From Phoronis australis (taxonomy: Eukaryota > Animalia > Phoronida), in contig NMRA01000043.1 in assembly GCA_002633005.1 (NCBI GenBank), positions 726,675 to 790,674 on the forward strand: a stretch of DNA of 64,000 bases. The letters are read 5' to 3'. The notes under the pieces are model-generated. The model was not told the origin of the DNA, did not search any database, and saw nothing but the letters and a program-made list of their open reading frames with translations. Numbering within the stretch: the stretch's first letter is position 1; each line of letters begins with the position of its first letter. Below are positions 41,336 through 63,854 of this stretch, in pieces. The position numbers were made by a program, and so were the translations under genes.

Positions 41336-41493
41336 ATTGGCTGAGAACGTGAATTTTGACGAACTGACACATCCCAATAGGCTGGTTGTACTTACATAGC
41401 AATTATTTTAAATGAAATAAAATAATTTAAAAGATAAGCAATATATATAATCACACAGTTTTTATTTCTAAAACATACATACAAATACATATG

Positions 41494-43468
41494 CAGTGGC
41501 GGATCTACGTTTTCAGTAAGGGGGGGGTTTAGTATTCCCGCAAAGGTCGAATCCTAGGCGCGTGGCGCCGAGCGGGGGGAAGTTCCACCCTCCCGTGCAA
41601 GACATTTTTTTGTTTTTGTAGCCAAATAGTGAAATTTCCATGCATCCTGGTAAGGTTCTGGCACTTAACATTTCTCTGGATTTTTTTAAAGATAATTAAA
41701 AACCCTTCTCGATTTCGTCACGAACTTCGCTCATAAGTTTCGTGAAACCATATTGTGCACATCTGGGTATGATTCACGCCACCAGCAAAATTTTTTGTTG
41801 AAACATCTGCTTATACACACACCTTTTTTAGCATATGAAAAGTCGTATACGAAAAAGTGTGGTGTGTATACAGGGGTTTAGACAACTTCCAAATATTCAA
41901 GAGCATAAGGAGCACCGACGGGGCGTAAAAACTTGAATATCAGATGATCCCGTAACAACAGCCTCAAGTTGTTTAAGAACGAAGACCTGTACTGATAGCC
42001 CGGAAATAAACACCAGTTCTGTCTCGTTACGAGAAACACTGGCGAACGATGGTGCTCTCAGCTCATAGTCTATTATTAAAAGCCACAAGAAAGAATTAAG
42101 TATCACTATATTAAGCTGAATCACGTTGACAACATTTGATAAGCGTTTCAGGAAACAAATCATCTGAAAAGTTTCACGAAACCCAAACATCCTGTGCACA
42201 GTGGTGAAAAGATACACTGGACTAGTTTGCAGAGGGACCAGATGTACACTGAGAGTACACAAAAAGGCTGACCTGGTCCGTCACGAGACCAAGAGTACAC
42301 CTGTGGTTATTTTCCCTATAAAAATAGTCGATCTGTCGCGGAACCAAACAGTACTGGCTGAGATAAATAGTTTTACAAAGCACACTTTGGTAAAAAAAAA
42401 TCACAAGACTAGTTCGCCGAGGGACCAGAAGTACACTGAAACTCAACATCTACACAAGTCAAGCTGGCCTGGTCCGTCGCGAGACCTAAAGTGATGCAAA
42501 AAAAATTTGAATTTCTCTCTAGACACTTTTTAATCCCCAGTGGTTACTCATAAGTTAGTCTTATCCTTCTGTTGTCTAGACTGCCGAGGAATCTATATAT
42601 CGGATCCAATGATTTTCTCGTTTTGGAACCATTCTACCCAGATATCTTCGATGTTTGCTCCCACTTAACAACTGCTGTGTCAATGAGCTTGTAAGCCTCT
42701 ATAATGTCAGCATCTCGTTTCGCAGCTCAGTTGGCACTAAGACCCTTGAGGTTGCCAAGTCCATTCAAAAGACTTACATGCGCAACTAAATTTGATCCGT
42801 TATCATGGACTACTTCAAACCTTGACGATGTATTCCAGGACCTATTTGCATCTCTTGCGATTTTCGAAATAAATGTCCCAATGTCTGAACGCTTGAAACC
42901 CGAAGTACTAACGTCAAATAAATGCCCATGGGCATGAGCGTTTCATCGGGTGGGCCTTTCTGCGGAAATTCCCAGTATAGAAGGCGGCAGTGTGCTTACT
43001 GCAGGTAGAAAGACGGTAAGTGTTGAGATCGGAACAAGGGCTCTTTAGAAGGCCAATTGAACATCGCACGAGTCCTGTAAGACTTTGTTGTGAAAGAACA
43101 GCCTCCCCGCAATTTCTGGTACTGTACACTGTTTGCGAATGCGGTCAGTTTGTCAATGTGAGTCCCCCCTTGGTCATTCCTTGTATAGACATAACTTGTT
43201 AGAGTGTATCTTCAAACGGACTCGCTACCAGACCACGGCGCCCGCCAAAATAGCAATTTTTGAAAAAGAATTTTTTTCAAAAATATTACATGCATGATAT
43301 TGCGCAAGACAACTTTACTATACATCAGTTACAAACGTGTGGAGTGTAATAGAATGATACGGCATGAAAGATGAGGTAAAAACGTTGCACGTCAATTCGC
43401 CTGAATATCAGTGTTTCGGCACCACAGTATTTTCCCTAATCAAATCAAAACATATCTTAGAGTAAAGA
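41494..43468 (-). mobile_element. hAT-superfamily transposon, copy 3 (internally deleted, one TIR missing)
   Basis: Starts with CAGTGGCGGATCTACG and is collinear with copy 2 until about 43468. Lacks the segment containing the transposase intron. Confidence 0.85.
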
Positions 43469-44269
43469 AGCATATAAATACCACAACTTCTATCTTATAT
43501 AATATACATGTGTTTAGGTTGTAAGCTTCTAGGTTAACAAAATATTATGAACAAAATACTTATTATTGGGGTAGAAACAGACCAGTACCATTATGATAAC
43601 AGGAAAAATATGCATACCTTTAATCGCATTTTTTAGGCCAAAATATGAGTACGAACTTTAAAATCAGCGCATATGTAAACAACGACAATAACAACAAAAT
43701 ACTTATTATTTGAGGTAGAAACAGACCATTACAATTGTGATAATAGAAGAAACTGATGCATACCTTTAAACACATTTGTTTTTGGCCAAAAATGAGTACG
43801 AACTTTAAAATCGTTGCATATGTAAACGACAGCATATTTGACGTTTCGGTTTATTGTCTCCCAAGAAAAAATTCACAATATTCCAATCAGGTGACACAGG
43901 TGTAGAACAGACTGTACAGGTAGACAAGAGATAATAAATCGAAACGTCAATCAATATTTCGCTTACACATGCGCTGATTTTAAAGTTCGTAGACATACCT
44001 TTAAGCCTGGTATTTAGGTCATGGCAGAAATATAATTTTCACCCCTGTACTTGATTTCATATTCCAATATAAGATAGTACATATTTTTTTTCTGATTTTC
44101 TGATATACAACCTATCTTAACGGTTGTTTTGCTTTTGCCAGCCAGTCATAACCAAAATACCAATTACAGTCAGTTAACAACAGAATAAATGGTGTTAAAA
44201 AATATTCTTTTGTTCAGGCTAAAATGCAAAGATCACGACATTAAAACTATACAGTAAATCCGGCTCAAG

Positions 44270-44800
44270 CACCAACTATTTAATATTTTATTTATTTATT
44301 GTAATATTTGAAATGAGGGTAGTCTATTCAAGTGAAGCACTGCTTTTCAAGAGAGCCCTCAACAACAGAATGTAATACAATAAAATATAATAGGATAAAG
44401 TAGTAAAACAGTAATTAGATACAGGTAACAAAGAAGCACTTAAAACAGGTTGATGATGATGAAACTTTGACCAAGAGAGATGAAATAAAGAGATGATACT
44501 AAATAGTGCGAGCATGTACAATAATGAAAAATGACATAATTAAGAAAGGTAAGGTGTTAGAATGTGTAAGTAAATTACAGCCACTTTTCAAAATTAATTT
44601 TGTAGTAATTGAATTAGGCCGTTTAATTTCTGGGATAAGAGAGTTCCGTATTGCAGCAGCAGCATAAATAAAAGATCTCTTGTCGGTCTCGAATTTCATT
44701 TTTTTAAAAGAAACGTTACCAGCAACAGAGGAATGTGTAAAGTATACAGCTTGACTGCTACTGAATTTGTGGCCAAGATATGTTGAAGCCAAGCCATTGA
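44270..44800 (-). mobile_element. L2/CR1-group LINE 3' fragment
   Basis: Translation VNGLASTYL..DKRSFIYAAAAIRNSLIPEIK resembles the RSFxYxAAxLWNSLP C-terminal motif, followed by a 3' UTR ending in an (aaat)n tail. Confidence 0.65.
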
Positions 44801-45907
44801 CACATCTGTTACATGAAACAGGCAGAGAGAAATTTATTTCTTATTATTTTAATACAATGTGAAACTTGAGATTGCATCAACTTATATCAACATCAGGATT
44901 ACTTAAACAATGTATACACTAAACTTCATCATGGCATGTGCAGACTGTACAATATGTCTAAATATCAATGAAGTATGTACAATAATATACTTTATAAACC
45001 CCTTTTAATATCTTAAAACACTTGTTTAAGTTTAGATGAGTTACAAAACAAACAGCAGCAACAAGTCATTGGCCTGGTCCACAACAATAAAAATGAACCT
45101 GAAGTTCACACCAAAATGAAATGAGGAGAGCATGATAGAAAAGGTAAGCCTGGCAACTGCTTTACTGTTTACAAGTGCAACTCGAAACCACAATGAATGA
45201 ATGAACAGTGGACCCCTAGGCCAACAATTCAGCTTAAAATCGAACTTTCAAAAATATCAGCCACTAGGGTGTGGGTTTGGTAGTTACATCGCCCTGAATG
45301 CTGAAGAAGTTATGTGAAATTAACGAACAATAAGTCCAAGGGACACGGATCTTACAAATTCCACCTGATATCTCCCATGCTATTTTTGCAAGTGTCACGC
45401 GCCAGGTCACGCGCTTCACGTAGTCTCGCGCTTGTCCCTCGCTGGTTCCCTGCGTGCCGCTAGGTGGGGCTGTAGCCGCGCCAGCACGCAGGTATCACTC
45501 ATTTTCACGAAAAACGTCGCTCTAGTCGGTTGGCGACTAGTCTTTCACATATGGCACATCACATTTACAAAATACCGCGAAAAACGGGTGATGAGGCTGG
45601 ATCTCGCGAAATCATATCAGTTGGTATCCGCGCCAAATAAACCACAGAAAAACGTTTCGTCATTGTTGTAATTTGAATGAGTTTTGTAGCCGTTAGGACT
45701 GAGTTCTTAAAAATGGTAAATATAATCCTTGTAGATGAGAAAATCCGTATTTGCGGACGATATTGGAGTACCTATAGTATTAACTGAAGCAATTTTAAAA
45801 CTAAAAACGTCATTGAAACGGTTTAGTTGTCACTAAGTGAACATAAAAAGTTCACTGTGCGTTTAAATAAAACTAGCAGAAGAAGCACAGTTGACAGGTC
45901 AACTAAT

Positions 45908-47251
45908 AGCGGATTTGCAGCGCAGACGAACTACGCATTGCGCATGTGCGAGTTACTTCCTTCGCGAAGGCTCATGGGATAGCTTGTGGTCAGGCATGTC
46001 TTGAGCAGGCTGGATAGTGTGTGCATTTGGAGTGATTTGCAAACTAAAAACCATGTTTCATTTTTTGCTTTATAATACCAAGCAAGGCCTCTCTCTCGTT
46101 TGTAAACACAGCGTAGCTATGATCAGTGACCGTGTGACCGAGAGCACGACTGTCGCCGTGTTCAGTATTGGGGTTATCGGCGTTGATTTCGAAATCTCCT
46201 NNNNNNNNNNNNNNNNNNNNNNNNNNNNNNNNNNNNNNNNNNNNNNNNNNNNNNNNNNNNNNNNNNNNNNNNNNNNNNNNNNNNNNNNNNNNNNNNNNNN
46301 NNNNNNNNNNNNNNNNNNNNNNNNNNNNNNNNNNNNNNNNNNNNNNNNNNNNNNNNNNNNNNNNNNNNNNNNNNNNNNNNNNNNNNNNNNNNNNNNNNNN
46401 NNNNNNNNNNNNNNNNNNNNNNNNNNNNNNNNNNNNNNNNNNNNNNNNNNNNNNNNNNNNNNNNNNNNNNNNNNNNNNNNNNNNNNNNNNNNNNNNNNNN
46501 NNNNNNNNNNNNNNNNNNNNNNNNNNNNNNNNNNNNNNNNNNNNNNNNNNNNNNNNNNNNNNNNNNNNNNNNNNNNNNNNNNNNNNNNNNNNNNNNNNNN
46601 NNNNNNNNNNNNNNNNNNNNNNNNNNNNNNNNNNNNNNNNNNNNNNNNNNNNNNNNNNNNNNNNNNNNNNNNNNNNNNNNNNNNNNNNNNNNNNNNNNNN
46701 NNNNNNNNNNNNNNNNNNNNNNNNNNNNNNNNNNNNNNNNNNNNNNNNNNNNNNNNNNNNNNNNNNNNNNNNNNNNNNNNNNNNNNNNNNNNNNNNNNNN
46801 NNNNNTATTTTTGACGAGGTGAAAACTCGAAATCGGTAACCCAAATCCGGTCACGGCCCGTTTAAAATACACTGGAGTAACGAAATGAGTACAGAAAGCG
46901 AATGGAAGTATTGTAGCCCCTACATGGCCAACCGAGGGGCTACGTGTTGCCTACTAGATGGCCCCGCGTTCGTTTGAATGCGCTAAATTTCCCCTTACTC
47001 CCAGGTCTCCTAATGTTGTTTATCCATTTTTCACAAAGTTCTTGGTTTGCAGGGAACACATACAAACTCAGATTTTTATCTCTCTTGTTGTTTTTGAAGC
47101 AGCCAGGAACACAAGTGTATCCGCCGTAAGTTTTCTTCGCGCTCATACCGCGTTTTATGCTTGTTACTATGGCCGCTTTCGGAATCCTGACCACAGCACC
47201 CACAATGCACCATTTTAACTAATTTCAATATGGCGTCGCTGCAAATCCGCT
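45908..47251 (-). mobile_element. ISL2EU/PIF-Harbinger-like element with THAP zinc-finger remnant (46940-47203)
   Basis: TIR AGCGGATTTGCAGCG / CGCTGCAAATCCGCT flanked by AT. ORF TCVPGCFKNNKRDKNLSLYVFPANQELCEKWINNIRR is a THAP N-terminus with the distal C/H ligands lost. Confidence 0.72.
46201..46805. other. Assembly gap (N run)
   Basis: Run of N. Confidence 1.
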
Positions 47252-47294
47252 ATTGCGCTATTGACGTTCGCACACTGAACTGCAGTTTCTTTGC

Positions 47295-50200
47295 TTATTA
47301 CTCTGCGCGAGCAACCGCAGAGTACCGTTCTTCCTGGGTTTTCTTAAATTTTATTCTTATAACTCTGCGCGTGTAAGCGCACAGTACTGTTGTTCCTGGG
47401 TTTTCTTCAATTTTATTACTCTGCACGTACAAGCACAGAGTACTGTTGTTCCTGGGTTTTCTTCAATTTTATTCTTATTCTTAGTATTCTTATTCTTATT
47501 CTTATTCTTCTTCCGACCAACTTTGACACTTAATAACTCCAAAATGGTTGCAGGTATGTTCTTCAAATTTTAAATATGATGTTAGGGAGTATATAAATTT
47601 TGATTCATTATATATTCATATTCCATAATGCATAGGAAGAGGTCATTTCGCGCAAAGGTCATGTAATTTTCAAAATGCCACTCCTTCTTTATTTTGAAAG
47701 CTATTCTTTTATAACTTTTCTAAGTAATCGGGTCATCCAATCAGGCTAAATAGGTGAAAGGTCATTAGGTGCAAACTATGATTTTAAGCTAGACACCTCA
47801 AATTCACAGGTCTGATTGGCACAGCTAATCCAATTCGGAATCCAAAGTTTCAGGTCATTTAGTGCAAACATGGGGTCATTAGGTGCATTTTTCTTCTGAA
47901 AATTTGACCTTTTCATTCACCAAGGATTCTGATGTGTCAACCGTTAGACAACTGTGATTCTCAACATTAAACTTATTTTTCATGGACTTTGCAATAATTC
48001 TAAAGACGCTTGTAATGCACCGGATAGGGTCAATTAGTGCCAAGGTCATCTAACGTTCAAAATGTTATATCTCACGTTTTTCAAGGAATTATTTTCAATT
48101 TCAGCACACTGCGGTAAGTCAACATACCAGTTGAACACCCTACTTTACTGCACAATAGGCCTAACCAATCAGAAAAAATAGGTCAAAGGTCATTGAGTGC
48201 AAACTAAAATTTTGAGCTAGAGACTTCAAAATTACATATCTGTTTACCAAATGCGATTGAGTTTGAATTCTAAACTTTCAGGTCATTTGGTGCACCCATG
48301 GGGTCATTAGGTGCATTTTTCTTCTAAAAGTTTGACCAATTCATTCATCTTGTATTCTGATGTGCTTAAAGTAAAACATGTGTGATTCATAGCATTAACC
48401 ACACTTTTAATCGAGTTTACAATTATTCCCTCATCGGTGTTCATAATGCACCGAAAGAGGTCAGTTAGTGGAAAGATCATCAAAATATAAACATGGTATT
48501 TTTCCTACAATTTTAAAGAATTCCTTTTCAAACTTCCCATAACAATTCGTTTAATCCACACGCGGAGAGTCCATTATTGTCACGCCGTGTAAGCGCAGAG
48601 TACTGTTGTTCCTGGGTTTCCTTCAATGTTATAACTCTGCGCGTGTAAGCGCAGAGTACTGTACAGTTGTTCCTGGGTTTTCTTCAATTTTATTACTCTG
48701 CGCGTGTAAGCGCAGAGTACTGTTGTTCCTGGGTTTTCTTCAATTTTATTCTTATTCTTATTCTTCTTATTCTTCTTCCGACCAACTTTGAGGCTTAATA
48801 ACTCCGAATTGGGTGCAGGTACGTTCTTTAAATTCAGCATATGATTTTGACAGTACATAAATTTTGATTCGTTATATAATCATATTCCATATTGCACGGG
48901 AATGTGTCGTTTGTTGCAAAGGTCATGTAATTTTCAAAATGCTACCCCTCCTTCAGTTTTAAAGCTATCTTTTTCAAAATTCGGTGCACAGATATAAGTT
49001 AACATGACAATTTAAAAAAATACTTTTCTAAGTAATCGAATCATCTAATCAGATAAAACAGGTGAAAGGTCATAAGGTGCAAACTAAAATTTTGAGCTAG
49101 ACACTTCCAATTCACAAGTCTGATTGATACAGGTATATCAATTCGAAATCCAAAGTTTCAGGTCATTTAGTGCAAACATGGGGTCATTAGGTGCATTTTT
49201 CTTCTGAAAATTTGTCCTTTTCATTCACGAAGTACTCTGATAAGTCAAGCGTTAGAGAACTCTGATTCTCAGCAATAAATATAATTTTCACGGACTTTGC
49301 AGTTAGTTCTACAAAAAGGGCTTGTAATGCACTGGAAAGGGTCAATTAGTGCAAAGGTCACCTACTATTGAAAAGGTTATTGCTCCTATATTTTTCAAGG
49401 AATTCTCAATTCCAGCACATTGGTGTAAACCTACATGCCAATGAAGTACCCAACTTTACTAAGCAATAGGGCCACCCAATCAGAGAAAATAGGTCAAAGG
49501 TCATTGAGTGCAAACTAAAATTTTGAGTTAGACACTTCAAATTCACAAGTCTGATTGGTACGTCTAATTCAATTTGAAATACAAAGTTTCAAGTCATTTA
49601 GTGCAACCATGGGGTCATTAGGTGCATTTTTCTCCTGAAAATTTGTCCTTTTCATTCACCAAGAATTCTGATGTGTCAACCGTTAGACATCTGTGATTCT
49701 CAGCATTAAACACACTTTTCACAGGCTTTGCAATAATTCTCCTCAAGACGCTTATAATGCATCGGATAGGGTCAATTAGTGCAAAGTTCATCTAACGTTC
49801 AACATGTTATATCCCCTCCATTTTTCAAGGAATTATTTTCAAGTTCAGCACACTGGTGTAAGTCACCATGCCAATCGAAAGCCCTATTTTACTACACAAT
49901 ATGCCTAACCAATCAGAAAAATAGGTCGAAGGTCATTGAGTGCAAACTAAAATTTTGAGCTAGAAACTTCAAAATTACATATCTGTTTAGTAAATGTGAT
50001 TGACTTTGAATTCTAAATTATCAGATCATTTGGTGCACCCAGGGGGTCATTAGGTGCAATTTCCTTTTGAAACTTTGACCAATTTATTCATGTTGTATTC
50101 TGAAGTGCTTAAAGTAAAACATTTGTGATTCTTAGCATTAACCACACTTTTAATCGAGTTTACAATTATTCCCTCATCCAGGCTCATAATGCACCGAAAG

Positions 50201-51622
50201 AGGTCAATTAGTGGAAAGGTCATCAAAATATTAACATGTAATTTTGCCTACAATTTTAAGGAATTCCCTTTGAAATTGGTAAACTGGTTGCGGTCAGTAA
50301 CTTTCCATAACAATTCCTTTAATACGCACGCGCAGAATCCATTATTGTCACGCCGTGACAATAAACTTTCTAGTTCTTATTCTTATTCTTATTCTTATTC
50401 CGGCCAACTTCGAGGCTTAATAACTCCAAAATGGGTGCAGGTATGTTCTTTAAATTCTATATGTGAGTTTTGGCAGTACATAAATTTTGATTGGTTATAT
50501 AATAATATTCCATATTGCATCAGAAGAGCTCCTTTGGTGCAAAGGTCATATAATTTTCAAATTGCTACTCCTCCTTTAGTTTTCAAGCTATCTTTTTCAA
50601 ATTCGATGCACAGGTATAAGTCAACATGACAATTTAAAAAATTACTTTTCTAAGTTATCGAGTCATCCAATCAGATTAAACAGGTCAAAGGTCATTAAAA
50701 TTTTGAGCTAGACAATTCAAGTTCACACATCTGATTGACACATGGGATTCAGTTCGAAATCTAAAGTTTCAGGTTATTTGGTGCAACCATGGGGTCGTTA
50801 GGTGCATTTTTCTTCTGAAAATTTGACATTTTTATTCACCAAATATTCTGATGTGTCAAAAGTTAGACGACTGTGATTCTCAGCATTAAATACACGTTAC
50901 ACGGACTTTGCAATAATTTTACCGTAAAGGCTTATAATGCACTGGAAGAGGTCATTTGGTGGAAAGGTCATATAACTTCGAAAATGCTACTCTTTCTTCA
51001 GTTTTAAAGGTATATTTTTCAAATTTGGTGCACAGGTTTAAGTTAACAAGGGAATTAAAAAATACTTTTCTAAGAAATCAAGTCATCCAATAAGGTCATT
51101 AAGTGCAAACTAAGATTTTGAGCTAGACACTTCAAATTCACACATCTGCATGGTACATAAAATTCAGATCTAAATTCAAAGTTTCAGGTCATTTGGTGCA
51201 ACCATGGGGTCATTAGGTGCATTTTTCTTCTGAACATTTGACCTTTTCGTTCACCAAGTACTCTGATGTGTCAACAGTTAGACAAGTGTGATTCTCAGCT
51301 TTAAACACACTTTTTACTTACTTTGCAATCATTCATTCTCCTAAAAAGAACAATAATGCACCGGATAAGTTCAATTAGTGCAAAGGTCATCTAACGTTCA
51401 AAACGTTCAAAATCTAAATTTTCCTACATTTGTCAAGGAATTTTTTTCAATTTCAGCACACTGGTGTAAGTCAATATGCCAATTAAACACACTACTTTAC
51501 TACGAAATAGGCTTAACCAATCAGAAAAAATAGATCATTGAGTGCGAACTTCAGTTTTGAGCTAGAGACTTTAAAATTACATATCTCTTTACTAAATTCG
51601 ATTGAGATTGAGTTTGAATTCT
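47295..51622 (+). mobile_element. Array of three Helentron/HINE-type elements with internal ~420-bp satellite units
   Basis: Heads ttattACTCTGCGCGTGtaagcgcagagta, (TTATTC)n microsatellite, repeated ggtcattaggtgcatttt units, 3' subTIR cacgcgcagaat, hairpin ttattgtcac-gcc-gtgacaataa and CTAG end (50370-50373). Confidence 0.82.
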
Positions 51623-53777
51623 GGACCCCTTTTGCTGACAAAATGTCGGGAGGACTAAAAAACGGGGTACCATTTTCACAACTGTGAACTGTGCGTCTGC
51701 GTCTTTTTTAGTGCACTATTGTCTCGTTTTCTCGGACTTTTCTTTCTCTGGGTTGACTTTTCCCCATATGGGGGGCTTGTTCGAGCCCCAGAGCCCCCCC
51801 CCCCCCCTGTGTGCGCGCATGTAATGTATTCGAGCATATCTTGAGTTCGCAAAAAAGTAGGAGAGATTACCAAAAATAATTTCGTGTTCGTTTCAAGTAG
51901 GCTACAAAGATTAGATTCCGTGCCCAGAAGTCAGTGTAATTTTTTACGTTTCCTAAGCCCATCCAGAAAGATAAGGATTATTTGTAATTAAATAATCGGA
52001 AGAGATAACCAGTAACACTATTTGATGCACCGAATACATCAAAAATGAAGATGTCAAAAACTTCTCGGGAAACTATGCATATTAGGGCCCTGTGATAGAC
52101 TTATTGCATGTCTGATTATCGTCTCACAGTGAAAGCAAGTATTTTACTGGGACATCACGTGTAGAAAGGACAACTGATCAAAACCTGTTTTTCAAGTTTT
52201 TACTAAGGTTGATCGGATTGCAACATTTTATGTAAGGTTAACCTTTGACTTGGAAAGAGCTAAAATGAAACTGATCGACCTTTCAGAGTCTAATGGAGGT
52301 CTGAAATTTTGATCAAACCTAAGCTAAATTATTTGAAACAAACTATCAAACAGAATTTTATTTGCAAATGAACATTTCTAGAGAAAAATTCCCTATTTTC
52401 TCAATTTAGCGCCCCCCCCCTCGCTTCCTACGGCCCTGTTGGTACGTTACCTAGTTCAATTTAGTGCTGTTTCAAAGCCTTCATCAATCACCGGAGCCTA
52501 CGACTACTTTTTGCTTGCTGTCGATATTGCCAATGTATTTGTTGTCATTTGATTGTATTGTTTGAGTTACCCTACGAACTGTCCCAATTCAATGATCTTG
52601 AGATTCATTTCTTCACTCGTGCTGGGTGTACTTAATTTTGCTATGAGCATCGGATCTAATTTCAGCATGTAACTAAGTTCACTGAAGTATCCGACTTCTT
52701 ACGAGATTGGTTTCCTAGTGTCAAATAATAAATGAATCGGGGAAAATTAGCTTACACAATCATATTTTTGGTTGTTTGGGTTGACAATCTTGGTACCTTT
52801 GCATGAATTTGTTTTGTGTTTTTTCGATGGAATCTTCTCCAGTGGACCAATGCCGGATTTGATAGGAGGACGAGGAGCAGCCCTGGGCCATGTGCGAGAG
52901 AGGAACACACAGGTTCTGGAAGCGGACCCCTACAATTAAGTACACGAAAGCCTACAAATATCATTAAAAATGAAAAAATAACAGTTCATTCCATCGTGTT
53001 ACCGGGCCTTCAAGAGGTGACTTACATTAAACTCAAGTTAAAATGTTGCGCGATTTAAAAGAGGGAAAATAGATACACTCGGGCTATTGCTTCAATTGGA
53101 CTCTCGATCTCTCGGCCTCTTAAGAAGTTTTCAATAAAATTCGACAGGGGCGGCACCTAGGGGTCTATAATTAAAAAAGGAAATGAGCAGCCATCTGCTT
53201 GATGCGATATTGGTCCTGTGCCGAGTTCTCAATGTGCACGGTCCTCAATTTAGGGTTGTCAGATCAAGCACTGACAAATATTCTATTGAACTTTCTTCTC
53301 TGTGTTTCACTGCTTTCTTTTTTCGACTTCCCCCTGCCCCACGCCAGTTGTCACCGACGGTTTAGTGACCCTTACTCCTGCACGTGGCTCCAGCCCTCTG
53401 CTTCCGTGGCCCAGAAATTTGTGCGTAAATGCTTGTATTTAGTTTCATTTTAGCACTTGGGTTTATTTATAAGTAGCTCATATCCAAAACCCGACTATAA
53501 ATAAATTTTACTTTTTGAGCAAGTTCTCATCTGTGTCCCGGGTGTCTGTGATTAGGCTGTGCACGAACTTGGAATCTTCAAGATCGCATATGCGTGAATT
53601 CGGAATGCACGTGGAAACTCAAATAATAACGTTCACGTTCACGTATATATTTGCTCTGCAATAAGTCAAGTTACATGTTAATAAAAGAAAATACCAATCT
53701 TTTTTATTGGCGATCCACCGAACAATATAACAATTCACATAAACCTCCTATTATTTGGCACAAGTTACGGTAAAAGA

Positions 53778-54021
53778 CAGGGGCGGATCCAGGATTTTGA
53801 GTTGGCAGATGCTCGCGCCCAGCCCAAAATGTAGGGATGCAGGGGTCACGAATTTTGGGTTTGCGGACCTTTTGACTAAAAAAGGTAAACGGGGTTTGTT
53901 GTTCAAGGCCTATGCATTGTTTATTCACCCCCGAGCCCCCCTGGTTGCGCGCATGTGTTACAATGAGCGATTCGCACCCGAACTGCCCGAAATGCACCCC
54001 CCTCCTTAAAATCCGCCACTG
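53778..54021. mobile_element. hAT-type MITE just upstream of the DKC1 promoter
   Basis: Ends CAGGGGCGGATCC / ATCCGCCACTG, like the other CAGTGGCGG elements; no clear TSD. Confidence 0.6.
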
Positions 54022-54167
54022 ATGAGAAAATGGGTGATCAAGAGCCTAACAATTACATAAATTCTTTACACTGAACGAAAAGTTTCACCTAATTGGTCAA
54101 ATGAATATTCATTTCTAAGTTCACACATACGAGATTTTCAAGTTCACACACAGCAACAAAAGAACAT

Positions 54168-54208
54168 CTGCGCTGCGCATGGGCAAACTGAAACACGTGT
54201 GAGTGAAA

Positions 54209-54215
<7 letters not shown>
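54168..54215 (+). promoter_or_regulatory. DKC1 proximal promoter/5'UTR motifs: NRF1-like GCGCATG, E-box CACGTG (54194-54199), YY1-like AAAATGGCG over the start codon
   Basis: Motifs read directly just upstream of the ATG. A second CACGTG lies about 200 bp into intron 1. DKC1 is an established Myc-regulated ribosome biogenesis gene. Confidence 0.55.
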
Positions 54216-62924
<8,709 letters not shown>

Positions 62925-63854
62925 GTAAGTATTGTGTCACTAGGGCTCACAAGGCTCAGCCATTATCGTGTTGATCAGGCTCCATGCTGTAATCTTTTTG
63001 TTTGAAATCAAACTCAAAATTATTTTTGGGATTTTCTGTTCACCTTTTGCTCGCACTCAGGGTAACTTGGGACTATTGTTTTATGCTTCTCTACATAATG
63101 AGTTGTATCCTAGTTTGCACTTGATGACCTGTGTTAAGACTTAAAGTTGGAGTCTGAACTCGTAAGCTTGAGATTTTACTCAAGCTTGTAGGGGTCGTAA
63201 AGTGAAAACTTTGACCAGAAACATATACTAAAATGTACTCTTCCACAGTGCAATCGCGACTTATCTTGAGTTTGTAAAGAAAGTAATGATCAAAATTTTA
63301 ATTTAGAGTACAGAGATAAGTCCCAGGCCCCGGGATTGTTTTGGTGGTTATGTTGTGTCTAGAGACATGTTTTTAGACACAATGAGTTGAACTCCATGCA
63401 CATGCAATCTTTTGTTTTTTGGGGTCCAAACTAAAATGAAATTTGCAGCAATTCTTTGAATACGAAATGCGCAGGAATATTGACCAGTACTTAGATTTCA
63501 ACCAGATGCACAATCACACGTTAGTTAAACTCGTGCACTCTATATAAATAAAGTCCCGGAACTCAATTCCTTTGGCAAATTTTAGCCGGTGCCTTTGACC
63601 AGATTTCGCCACTCAATATGATGAAGTGTACTTGTCATTGTCTGTTATTTGAGGCTCTGTGTAACATAGTATGCGCACACTTTAACACATTTGTTGTTGC
63701 TTCCACACTTCTACAATGATAAACTACGAGTTTTATGGTTGCAATAACCATTTATGGAAGTATTTTCTCAACTTGAATTCTTTGTATTATACCAAGTTTC
63801 TGAATGTATAATGTAACTGGCTACATCCTATTTGAGGTGGTGTTAGTGGGAAAT

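Noticed and set aside
39842-46872. Long ORFs of 220-390 aa around 39842-41005 and 46017-46872
   Set aside because: Artefacts of translating N runs.
52750-53360. Exon-like minus-strand segment divergent from DKC1
   Set aside because: Splice-like signals exist, but no frame gives a recognisable protein; may be TE remnant or non-coding.
63221-63234. 14-nt sense match to U6 (acatatactaaaat)
   Set aside because: AT-rich, and the flanks do not extend; chance match, not a U6 gene.
63618-63660. Isolated box C motif ATGATGA
   Set aside because: No box D at a suitable distance and no terminal stem.
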